DNA from: Candidatus Electrothrix yaqonensis
Lineage (GTDB): Bacteria; Desulfobacterota; Desulfobulbia; Desulfobulbales; Desulfobulbaceae
Assembly (NCBI GenBank): GCA_047651235.1
Contig: CP178758.1
Coordinates: 3,420,001 to 3,452,000 of the forward strand
Reading direction: 5' to 3'
DNA length: 32,000 nt
The notes below the pieces were generated by a model that was not told where the DNA came from, ran no database searches, and worked only from the letters and a program-made list of their open reading frames with translations. How positions within the stretch are numbered: the stretch's first letter is position 1; each line of letters starts with the position of its first letter. A program made the position numbers and the translations under genes. Shown in pieces: positions 6,862 to 14,978 of the stretch.

Positions 6862-8118
6862 TCAGCCCGGCTCCATCGGTGGAGGTGCGGCATAGATAGT
6901 CAGTTTAAGTTCCGCATCATCCAGGAGCCGGTACTCCGGCCTGACACCGGAGAGTTGCTCGCTTTCCATGATAATGATCGGAACCCCCTCACCACGTTTA
7001 TCCATAATATAACTCCGTTGACTCCCGATCGCATTGAAATTCATCGGACAACGGGCCAGCAGAGAGGTCAGCAACTCATTGCGGGCGGATTGTCGCTCCG
7101 AGAGGCTGTCAATGGTCATGGTGTTGGGAATAGTGCCCGGTGAGAAGATCTCAAGGCGGTCAGCAAAAAGGTGGAGGCGAATCTTTGATCCGTAAACTGA
7201 ATAATCGCGGTGGGCAACGGCATTAACCACAGCTTCAAAAACAGCGTTCAGAGAAAACTGCGGTGTTTCAATCCGGTTCGGCGCCTTAACGGCGTACACA
7301 CGCATATTGCGCTCAACAAACCGGCAGGTATCCCGTATCTGGATATCCAAAGGACCGTTGATATCCTTGGCATCAAGCTGATATCCTGCATTTCTTTCAA
7401 TACCACGATAACAGACCGCCTGAATAAAGGCACCGGGCATGAAGGTTTCCGGTGTTTCGCAGGCCATCAAAACACCGCTGACTGTGGGACAGAGAGCCTC
7501 GTTATCTCCCGGTGTGATCAATTTCATTTTGAGTAAAAATTCCTGATCGTCCTGAGGAGAGAGAACAGTCCTGAATCGATTCCAAAGAGTTGCGTTTAAA
7601 TCATCAAGTCGAATGCCCGGTACAGCCTGTTCGTCAAAGCGAATCAAACGAGCCTGACTCCGCTGCTGAAACAGACGTGCCAGGACATCCGGTTTCATCT
7701 GCCGCTTGGAACTGCCGATACGGCAAAAATAACCACCCGGACTCTGATGAACAAACAAACTCCTCGGTACATCAACACGAATAATTATCTTTTCTTTTTC
7801 TCGCTGAACAGGCACAAAAAGCTTACGGACAAGGCAATCCAACGGAGGTTCAATGAGATCGTTACAGACGGCACGTAGCCAATCTTCGACAAAATCAAGT
7901 TTTTCCGAAGGTATTCCCTCAATCCTCCGAGTCCTGTCATCAATACCCAAAAGAATAATTCCGGTATGGCTATTAGCCATTGCGGCAAGCTCGTCAGCCA
8001 TTCCGTTACGATGAGGGCCGTTGATTTTGTCACCTTTGAATGAGATCTTCTTCAACTCAAGAATCGAGTCTTCACCCAGGGCTATCTGTTTGAGCAGGTC
8101 TGATATATTTTCCAGCAT
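6862..8118 (-). CDS. AlbA_2 (Schlafen-like 'divergent AAA') plus HATPase_c_4 domain protein, the type often mis-annotated as a RecG-like helicase or transcriptional regulator
   Basis: N-terminus GEDSILELKKISF...ELAAMANSHTGIILLGIDDRTRRIEGI matches the AlbA_2 pattern (E-x-LE-x-K ... GG-x-l-l-G-v-d). The C-terminal part NAVFEAVVNAVAHRDYS...IRLHLFADRLEIFSPG and RNELLTSLL...MDKRGEGV matches the HATPase_c_4 pattern. Confidence 0.75.
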   Translation of the reverse strand: MLENISDLLKQIALGEDSILELKKISFKGDKINGPHRNGMADELAAMANSHTGIILLGIDDRTRRIEGIPSEKLDFVEDWLRAVCNDLIEPPLDCLVRKLFVPVQREKEKIIIRVDVPRSLFVHQSPGGYFCRIGSSKRQMKPDVLARLFQQRSQARLIRFDEQAVPGIRLDDLNATLWNRFRTVLSPQDDQEFLLKMKLITPGDNEALCPTVSGVLMACETPETFMPGAFIQAVCYRGIERNAGYQLDAKDINGPLDIQIRDTCRFVERNMRVYAVKAPNRIETPQFSLNAVFEAVVNAVAHRDYSVYGSKIRLHLFADRLEIFSPGTIPNTMTIDSLSERQSARNELLTSLLARCPMNFNAIGSQRSYIMDKRGEGVPIIIMESEQLSGVRPEYRLLDDAELKLTIYAAPPPMEPG

Positions 8119-8194
8119 TTGCTTTTTTCACTCTCCCTTCATGCAGATCAATCAAAGCAACAAAGCAACATTATGGGCAGATAATTTTGTGAGT

Positions 8195-9679
8195 TTACCC
8201 CGCCGCAGGCACAAAAATTTCCATCCCCATGAGCGGCCAGATAAAGCTGACGGCCAGCCAGACCACCAGCATCAGCAGGATGCTGGCCGGGATTCCCCAA
8301 AGGAAGAATTCCCCGGTGCTGAACTGGCCGGAGTTATAGGCGATGGCGTTAGGGGCAGCGCCGACCAGCAGCAAAAAGGGCATCCCGGCGACGACAAGGG
8401 AGGAAAAAAGGATCACCTCGCCGCCCACGCCCAGATAGGGTGCAATAACCAGGGCTACAGGCAGAGAGATGGCAATGGCGGCCACGTTCATGATAAAATT
8501 GGTCATCATCATGACAAAGAAGGCCATGCCGAGGATAAAGACCAGGGGAGGAGAGGTCTGAAACAGAACCAGCCAGTTGACGGCCAGCCAGCGGGCAGCG
8601 CCGGTTTCCCATAAGCAGAAACCGATGGACATGGCACCGGCAAAGAGCAGAATGATATTCCAGGGCACTTCTTCCAAGTCCTCAAGTTCCAGAATATTGA
8701 AGAGGAAAAAGGCAATGGTGGAGCAGAGCAGAACCCCGGTTTTGTGCAGCCCGGCCAGGGCAGGGATAAAATTTTTCAGGGCGATGACCAGAATTGTCCC
8801 GATAACGATACTTGCGGCGAGCAGTTCCTTGTTGCTCCAGCGCCCCAGCTCTGTATACATCCTGGCTGCCTTCTCCTTCAGCCCAGGGATCCGTGCCTGT
8901 TCCGGTCGGAAAAACAGCATGAAAAAGCCCCAGAGCAGAAAAATCATCAGCCAGCCCACAGGAAACATGTACCAGGTCAGTTCAAAAAAACTGATATCCA
9001 CTCCCATAATATCTTTGTAGAATCCCAGAGCAACCGCCCCCCGCGCTGCGCCCAGCAGGGTAACGATACTGCCTGCTCCGGCCACATAGGCCATGCCCAT
9101 AAACAGCCCCTTGCCGAACCGGGTCGGTTGCTCCTCATCAGAATACAGGGCATGAATAGCCATGAGCAGGGGGAACATGGTGGCTGCTACAGCAGTATGG
9201 GCCATAACATGGGTCAGCACACCGGTCATGATAAAACAGCCCAGATAGATCATACCGGTCCGTTCACCGACAATGGACAGCATCTTATAGGCAAGCCGCC
9301 CGGTCAGGCCGGTCTTGGTGAATACCATGCCGATCATGATGGAACCGAAGATAAACAGGACCGAGGGATCCATAAAATCCCGGAATGCAGTGCCAGGGTC
9401 ACGGATCATGAACAGGGCCTGGAGCACCCCGATGGTCAGACTGGTAATTCCGATGGGCACTACCTCAAAAACCCACCAGACTGCAGCCAGCAGAAAGACA
9501 GCCAGAGCCCCTTTGCCCTCGCGGGTCAGAACGAAATTCTTTCCTGTGGGATCAACAGCATCCGGCCAGGGAGGACAGAAATACACAAAGGTAAACAGCC
9601 CGATACCGGTGAGGATAAAGCTCAGCCGTTTCCAGTCAAGCATACGGCCCTTTTTGGCCAGAGAAATTGAAGGGTTCAT
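8195..9679 (-). CDS. DASS / SLC13 family divalent-anion:sodium symporter
   Basis: 494 aa and polytopic. AVWWVFEVVPIGITSLTIGVLQ and the C-terminal hairpin motif GAAPNAIAYNSGQF are characteristic of the family. Confidence 0.8.
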   Translation of the reverse strand: MNPSISLAKKGRMLDWKRLSFILTGIGLFTFVYFCPPWPDAVDPTGKNFVLTREGKGALAVFLLAAVWWVFEVVPIGITSLTIGVLQALFMIRDPGTAFRDFMDPSVLFIFGSIMIGMVFTKTGLTGRLAYKMLSIVGERTGMIYLGCFIMTGVLTHVMAHTAVAATMFPLLMAIHALYSDEEQPTRFGKGLFMGMAYVAGAGSIVTLLGAARGAVALGFYKDIMGVDISFFELTWYMFPVGWLMIFLLWGFFMLFFRPEQARIPGLKEKAARMYTELGRWSNKELLAASIVIGTILVIALKNFIPALAGLHKTGVLLCSTIAFFLFNILELEDLEEVPWNIILLFAGAMSIGFCLWETGAARWLAVNWLVLFQTSPPLVFILGMAFFVMMMTNFIMNVAAIAISLPVALVIAPYLGVGGEVILFSSLVVAGMPFLLLVGAAPNAIAYNSGQFSTGEFFLWGIPASILLMLVVWLAVSFIWPLMGMEIFVPAAG

Positions 9680-9708
9680 TGCGCTGCGGTTCTACCGTAT
9701 GCTCTGAT

Positions 9709-10257
9709 TTATTTCTGGTGCCAAGCACACCAAGTATTGCACATGGAGTGAAAGACCTCTTCAAGACGGAGCACACCGATCACCGCACCGTTCTCGGTGA
9801 CCGGGACGCAGGAGGTATTGTGACGGTGCAGTTCCAGAATGGCTTCCAGGATATGGGTATCTGCCGGCAGGGTGAAATCAATAGGCCGCATCAGAGAACA
9901 GATCGGCCGGGTCCGATTACCGGCACATTCAGCAAGGACATGATCTTCAAAAATATAGGTCAGATGAGGGTATGCAGTATTTTTTCCGGCAAAACAGCCC
10001 AGCCTGCCCATGTTGGGTATATTCGGCAGCAAGCCCTCCAGGATATCAAGTCGGGACAGTCTGCCCACCAGTTTGTTTTCTGCATCCAGAATGAACAGTT
10101 CAGGCAGTACAGCGGGGCCATCTTCCGTACACGAAGCGTTGAACAGGGCAATGGCATCTTCCAGGATCTGCTGGTCATGCAGCCAGGGACAACGGTCGAG
10201 CGGTATAATCAGCCCGCGTATATCCATTGATTGCGGTTCCATTTTTTTCGGCAGCAT
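9709..10257 (-). CDS. CBS-pair domain protein
   Basis: Two CBS-like units (ILEDAIALF...ILDAENKLVGRLSRLDILEGL and ILEAILELHRHNTSCVPVTENGAVIGVLRLEEVF). It lies between the REC gene (6-nt gap) and the transporter (29-nt gap). The exact start is uncertain (Met1, Met6 or Met11). Confidence 0.65.
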   Translation of the reverse strand: MLPKKMEPQSMDIRGLIIPLDRCPWLHDQQILEDAIALFNASCTEDGPAVLPELFILDAENKLVGRLSRLDILEGLLPNIPNMGRLGCFAGKNTAYPHLTYIFEDHVLAECAGNRTRPICSLMRPIDFTLPADTHILEAILELHRHNTSCVPVTENGAVIGVLRLEEVFHSMCNTWCAWHQK

Positions 10258-10263
10258 AAGTGA

Positions 10264-10704
10264 TTACCAGCCTTTGGTCTGCAGAATATTTTTTACTGCC
10301 GCCGCATCCTTTCGATGCAGCGCTTCCCGCCGCGCTTCGCTGGCGGCCTTGATTTTATCCATCAGCTCGTTGATCTCCACAGGTTTTTGAAGGAAATCTC
10401 CAGCCCCGTGTTTCATGGCCTCCACGCCGCTTGCCACCGTGGCATGCCCGGTGAGCATCAGCACCTCAATATCCGGCTGTGTCTGCTTGATCCGTTTCAG
10501 GGTTTCAATTCCGTCAATGCCGGGCATGGACAGGTCGATAACCGCAACGTCGAAATGCCGTTTCTCCACCAGAGCCACAGCCTGTTCGCCGCAGTTCACG
10601 GCAACAACCTTCAGCCCTCTGGTTGCAAGCCGGAGGGAAAGCAGCTCGACAAACTCCTTTTCATCATCAACAAGCAGTACCTTTGCCGACAGATCTGTAT
10701 CCAT
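10264..10704 (-). CDS. Single-domain response regulator (REC only), paralogue of 4230..4628
   Basis: VLLVDDE, DVAVIDLSMPGIDG, EVLMLTGHATVASGVEAMKHGA and DFLQKP. Strong SD (AAGGAGG). It shares the I-E-V-x-M-L-T-G-H-x-x-V-x-x-G-V-E-A block with the other REC protein. Confidence 0.9.
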   Translation of the reverse strand: MDTDLSAKVLLVDDEKEFVELLSLRLATRGLKVVAVNCGEQAVALVEKRHFDVAVIDLSMPGIDGIETLKRIKQTQPDIEVLMLTGHATVASGVEAMKHGAGDFLQKPVEINELMDKIKAASEARREALHRKDAAAVKNILQTKGW

Positions 10705-10747
10705 ATATCCTCCTTTTTGCCGGAATTCTTCTGAATCTTAAGCAATT

Positions 10748-11944
10748 TTACCCCTTCTGCTGCTCTGCGGTCTGCTGAAGAAACTTCTGCCTCTCTGCAA
10801 CCTCCTGTTCCGCGACCTTCCGCGCTCCGGCATCTGCAGCAAGAATAGCATCAAGATCAAGATCATCCCCTGCAGCAAACCTGTCCAGCGTTGCGGCAAC
10901 CGTGCCGGTGATATCCGGGAAGCTGATCTTTTCATCAAGAAAGGCGGCAACTGCAACCTCATTGGCCGCATTGAGCACTGCCGGTTTGACCCCGCCTTCC
11001 TCCATGACCCTGAAGGCCAGACCAAGGGCGGGAAAACGGTCATAATCCGGTTTTTCAAAACTGAGATGCCCGCACGCGGAAAGACTGAGCCGGGACAGAT
11101 TTAGAGGGAGCCGTTTCGGATACGACAGGGCATAGGCAATGGGAATCCGCATGTCCGGGATGCCCAGCTGCGCCACCACGGAACCGTCAATATATTCAAC
11201 CAAGGAGTGGACAATAGATTCCGGATGCACCACCACCCGTATTTTCTCCGCAGGCACATCAAAAAGCCAGCAGGCCTCGATGACTTCCAGACCCTTGTTC
11301 ATCATGGTGGCTGAATCAATGGAGATCTTGCGGCCCATATCCCAGTTCGGGTGGGCCAGAGCCTGTTCCGGAGTGACCTGGCGCAACTTTTCTTTATCCA
11401 GAGTGCGGAACGGCCCGCCTGAGGCGGTGAGGAGAATTTTTCGCAGATCATCGCGTCTGCCTGCCTCCAGGGCCTGAAAGATGGCAGAATGCTCTGAATC
11501 AATGGGCAGCAGGGCTACTTTATGTTCCTGTACCGCCCGCATGACCAGCCGTCCGGCCATCACCAAGGTTTCCTTATTGGCCAGCCCGATATCCTTGCCC
11601 GCAGCAATTGCCGCCAAGGTGGGCAGCAGCCCGACAGCACCGACCACGGCAGAAACCACCATTTCGGCCGCCGGAACAGTCGCTACCTTCCGGTTGCCCG
11701 CGTCGCCCCAGAAAATTTTCTTCCGATAACCTGCGGGAAGCAGTTCTGCAAGCTGCGCTGCTGTCGATTCCCCGGCAACTGAAATACACTCCGGCTGAAA
11801 TTCAAGCACCTGCTCGGCAAGTTCCCGAATATTGGTCCCGGCAGACAAGCCGACAACCCGGAAGCGGTCCGGAAAGGAACGCACCACGTTCAGTACGTTT
11901 TTCCCGATGGAACCGGTGGAACCGAGCAGAGAGATTGCTTTCAT
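10748..11944 (-). CDS. dxr: 1-deoxy-D-xylulose-5-phosphate reductoisomerase
   Basis: [50 protein letters not shown] and NAANEVAV are canonical Dxr blocks. Confidence 0.95.
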   Translation of the reverse strand: MKAISLLGSTGSIGKNVLNVVRSFPDRFRVVGLSAGTNIRELAEQVLEFQPECISVAGESTAAQLAELLPAGYRKKIFWGDAGNRKVATVPAAEMVVSAVVGAVGLLPTLAAIAAGKDIGLANKETLVMAGRLVMRAVQEHKVALLPIDSEHSAIFQALEAGRRDDLRKILLTASGGPFRTLDKEKLRQVTPEQALAHPNWDMGRKISIDSATMMNKGLEVIEACWLFDVPAEKIRVVVHPESIVHSLVEYIDGSVVAQLGIPDMRIPIAYALSYPKRLPLNLSRLSLSACGHLSFEKPDYDRFPALGLAFRVMEEGGVKPAVLNAANEVAVAAFLDEKISFPDITGTVAATLDRFAAGDDLDLDAILAADAGARKVAEQEVAERQKFLQQTAEQQKG

Positions 11945-12738
11945 ACAAGAACTCCGGAGTAAAGCAGCAGATAGAGCAGCGGACCGGCAAAGAGCAGGCT
12001 GTCCGTCCTGTCCAGCAGGCCGCCGTGTCCTCCGAGCAGGGTACCGGAATCTTTGATTCCGGTACCGCGCTTGATGATGGATTCAGCCAGATCACCGGCA
12101 ATACCGACAGGAGCAAGCAGGACAGCGGCCAGTGCCAGCCTGATGCTGCTAATTTGAGGCAGGAGAAAACAGCCGAGCAGAACAGCAGCAAATATGGCGG
12201 TAAAGATTCCACCCAAAGCCCCGTTTATGGTCTTGCCCGGACTGATATTCGGACAGAGCTTGCGTCTGCCTACAGCCCGGCCAACATAATAGGCCCCGGT
12301 ATCCGAGCCTGCAGTCACGGCAGTGAGCAGCAGGAGCCAGGAACTGCCGTTTTCCTGGAAATGCAGGAGAACAAGAAAGGCGCACCCTACAGAAATATAC
12401 ACCACGGCAAAGCCGGTATGGAGGAGATCGGCCAGCGGATCGGTACAACGGCTGTATAAAAAGATAATAGCGGCAACAAGGCCCAGCAGGGCAAGATAGA
12501 CGCCGATCAGTACCAGGGCGGCAGACCCGGTTATACCGAGCAGGACAGGCAGCAGGCACAGGGGAATCAGAAACCGCAGAAGATCAGGAGCGGCTCCCTG
12601 ACGGAGCAGGGTGAACAGTTCGTGTACAGCGAGTGCAGCTCCGAGAACAATAACGCACCAGAAGAGCAGGGGCGGGGCCAGTAAAAGCAGCAGTACCCAC
12701 AGCACAGCCATGAGCAGGCCGGGGATCAGACGTTCCAT
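11941..12738 (-). CDS. cdsA: Phosphatidate cytidylyltransferase
   Basis: Polytopic protein with the C-terminal signature [32 protein letters not shown] 4-nt ATGA overlap with dxr. Confidence 0.88.
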   Translation of the reverse strand: MERLIPGLLMAVLWVLLLLLAPPLLFWCVIVLGAALAVHELFTLLRQGAAPDLLRFLIPLCLLPVLLGITGSAALVLIGVYLALLGLVAAIIFLYSRCTDPLADLLHTGFAVVYISVGCAFLVLLHFQENGSSWLLLLTAVTAGSDTGAYYVGRAVGRRKLCPNISPGKTINGALGGIFTAIFAAVLLGCFLLPQISSIRLALAAVLLAPVGIAGDLAESIIKRGTGIKDSGTLLGGHGGLLDRTDSLLFAGPLLYLLLYSGVLV

Positions 12739-12808
12739 GAATTCACTTCCGGAAGGATTGGGTTGATTGTTGCTGATACCGCGTCTGTTCAGGTCTGTTC
12801 AAGTTTGC

Positions 12809-13558
12809 TCAGGAGAGCGTCTGCACTGGTTCGATCTGCTCCCCGGTTTTCCCGAACCGCCGCTGCCGACAGGCATAGACCTCCAAGGCTTCAAGAAACT
12901 GTTCCCGACGGAAATCCGGCCACTTAATTTTAGTAAAATACAGCTCAGCATAGGAAAGCTGCCAGAGGAGAAAATTGGAGAGCCGCTGCTCCCCGCTGGT
13001 CCGGATCAGCAGATCAGGGTCCGGCTGTCCGGCGGAATACAGGAGATTGCTGAACAGCTGCTCATCAATCTCCTCCGGTTTCAGTTCGCCGGCAGCGCAT
13101 TTCCGTCCGATTTCCCGCATCCCGGCGATCATTTCCGTCCGGGAGCCGTAGCTCAGGGCCAAGTTCAGCCGCATCCCGGTACAGGTACTGGTCTGGGCAA
13201 TGGTGCGGTCCAGCAGGTTCCGCACATCTTCGGGCAACTGGTCTTTCTGGCCGAAGCAGCCTAAGCGGATATCATTTTTCAGCATATTGTCCAGCTCTGC
13301 CTGCAGGTAGGTCTTGAGCAGAGTCATCAGACCCTTTACCTCAAGCCCGGGACGCTGCCAGTTTTCCGTGGAAAAAGCATACAGAGTCAGGTGCCCGATA
13401 CCGACTTCGCGGGCCGTCTCCACCGCATCTCGGACCGAGTCCACCCCGGCCTTATGTCCGAAGAGTCTCGGTTTCCGCCGCTCGTTGGCCCAGCGGCCGT
13501 TGCCGTCCATGATAATGGCAACGTGTTTCGGAACAGATGCTCGTACAGATACATGCAT
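12809..13558 (-). CDS. uppS: Undecaprenyl-diphosphate synthase (isoprenyl transferase)
   Basis: HVAIIMDGNGRWA, LTLYAFSTENWQRP, and the RTSGEQRLSNFLLWQLSYAEL motif. Confidence 0.95.
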   Translation of the reverse strand: MHVSVRASVPKHVAIIMDGNGRWANERRKPRLFGHKAGVDSVRDAVETAREVGIGHLTLYAFSTENWQRPGLEVKGLMTLLKTYLQAELDNMLKNDIRLGCFGQKDQLPEDVRNLLDRTIAQTSTCTGMRLNLALSYGSRTEMIAGMREIGRKCAAGELKPEEIDEQLFSNLLYSAGQPDPDLLIRTSGEQRLSNFLLWQLSYAELYFTKIKWPDFRREQFLEALEVYACRQRRFGKTGEQIEPVQTLS

Positions 13559-13573
13559 AGCAGCCGGAGAGGG

Positions 13574-14131
13574 TTATACCTCCATCACCTCTTTCTCTTT
13601 GCCTGCAGCAATCTTATCTATCTGTGCGATAAACTCATCCGTGATTCTCTGTACTTCTTCCTGGAGCCGGAACATTTCATCCTCGGAGATCTCCTTGTCA
13701 TTTTTCTGGCTTTTCAGGACATCATTGGCATCACGGCGGTCATTACGTACCCCGACCTTGAATTCCTCGGCAATTTTCTTCACCTGTTTGACCAGTTCTT
13801 TGCGCCGCTCTTCTGTAAGCTGGGGAATATTCAGACGGATGACCTTGCCGTCACTGGCCGGTGTGAGACCGATATCCGAGGCAAGGATGGCCTTCTCAAG
13901 AACTGGCAGCATCTGGGGATCCCAAGGCTGAATCACAAGCATCCTGCTTTCCGGGACAGTAATCGTGCCGACCTGGTCTACAGGAAGCTGGGAGCCGTAG
14001 GCATCCACTTTGATACCGTCAAGCAGAGACCGTGAAGCCCGGCCGGTGCGGATCCTGACCAGTTCCCTTTTTAGGGCATCAATCCGTGCCTCCATTTTTT
14101 CCTTGGCCTCTTCCACAACAAGACTGTCCAT
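13574..14131 (-). CDS. frr: Ribosome recycling factor
   Basis: From the internal Met (MDSLVVEEAKEKMEARIDALKRELVRIRTGRAS...) the product is 185 aa and is collinear with E. coli Frr. AAGGAG lies 6 nt upstream. The 44-codon upstream extension of the listed ORF has no Frr counterpart. Confidence 0.93.
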   Translation of the reverse strand: MDSLVVEEAKEKMEARIDALKRELVRIRTGRASRSLLDGIKVDAYGSQLPVDQVGTITVPESRMLVIQPWDPQMLPVLEKAILASDIGLTPASDGKVIRLNIPQLTEERRKELVKQVKKIAEEFKVGVRNDRRDANDVLKSQKNDKEISEDEMFRLQEEVQRITDEFIAQIDKIAAGKEKEVMEV

Positions 14132-14654
14132 ACTCTTCTCCTTCGGTATACAGTTATCTGCTTTGATCGGAAAAATTTCGGCTGCTCCTCTGCTCTCCAT
14201 ACTTTCTGCAGACGGAAGCAGTTCATTGTTCACGGGATAAATGTGCAGCAGAAGTATACTCATTTTTCAGGATTTGCAAAGATCAATCTTCTGCCGCTGC
14301 ACGGCACAGCTGGATTGTATCGGATCTTTTATATTCTGAAATTCTGAAATAAAGGAAAAAACAGCGGGAAAGGATGTCGGGAGACCTGTAGACCTGATTA
14401 TCTGACAGAGTAAAGGAGAGTAGCAAACACACGGAAACCAAACACCGATGTCGCCCTGTCAAGTGGAACAGCATGGAGAAAACAATACAGAAGCTGTACA
14501 GAGGCGGCACCAAACCTCAAACTGATGAAACCGAAAACCGAAACCGTAGAAAACGGCTCAGGCACGCACAGGTACTGCTGCAGACGCAGCGGAACAGTCA
14601 GTTAGCTGAGCAAGCTCCGTTTTTTTCTGCAGCAGAACAGCAGGGCGTAAATAG

Positions 14655-14978
14655 CTACTGATTCAGCAGTTCACGCAGACGCTTTGACGGCCGGAATGAG
14701 ACCATCTTGCGTTTGGTTATCATCATGGATTCACCGGTCCGGGGATTGCGGCCCCGGCGGGGAGATTTATCGCGCACCGTCAGGGTGCCGAACTGCACCA
14801 GTTTGAGGGATTCCCCGCTGACCAGAGTCTCCTTCATGGCGGCAAAGATAGTATCGACCATTTCCGCCGAACTGCGCTGGGAGAGCTCAAGCTGTTTATT
14901 GATGGCAACAGCCAGCTCTTTGCGGGTTACATTACCTTTCTTCTCTACACACTCTATCTCTTCTATCTGTTTATTCAT
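14655..14978 (-). CDS. ihfA: Integration host factor alpha-like (HU/IHF family) DNA-binding protein
   Basis: FGTLTVRDKSPRRGRNPRTGESMMITKRKMVSFRPSKRL is the IHF/HU beta-arm. It lies directly after pheT, as ihfA does in E. coli. Confidence 0.75.
   Translation of the reverse strand: MNKQIEEIECVEKKGNVTRKELAVAINKQLELSQRSSAEMVDTIFAAMKETLVSGESLKLVQFGTLTVRDKSPRRGRNPRTGESMMITKRKMVSFRPSKRLRELLNQ

Noticed and set aside
14132-14263. Upstream extensions of listed ORFs: frr to 14263, pheS to 18705, rpmI to 19264, cbiG to 25501, the exported protein back to 22142, and infC to 19973.
   Set aside because: Homology to the respective families starts at internal start codons that have good SD sequences. The extensions add unrelated residues and in several cases overlap the upstream gene.
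14283-14661. Small ORFs in the ihfA-frr gap (76 aa on the minus strand at 14283..14513; 62 aa on the plus strand at 14473..14661).
   Set aside because: No SD, odd composition, no motifs, and the two overlap each other. I treat the region as non-coding and report it as a finding instead.
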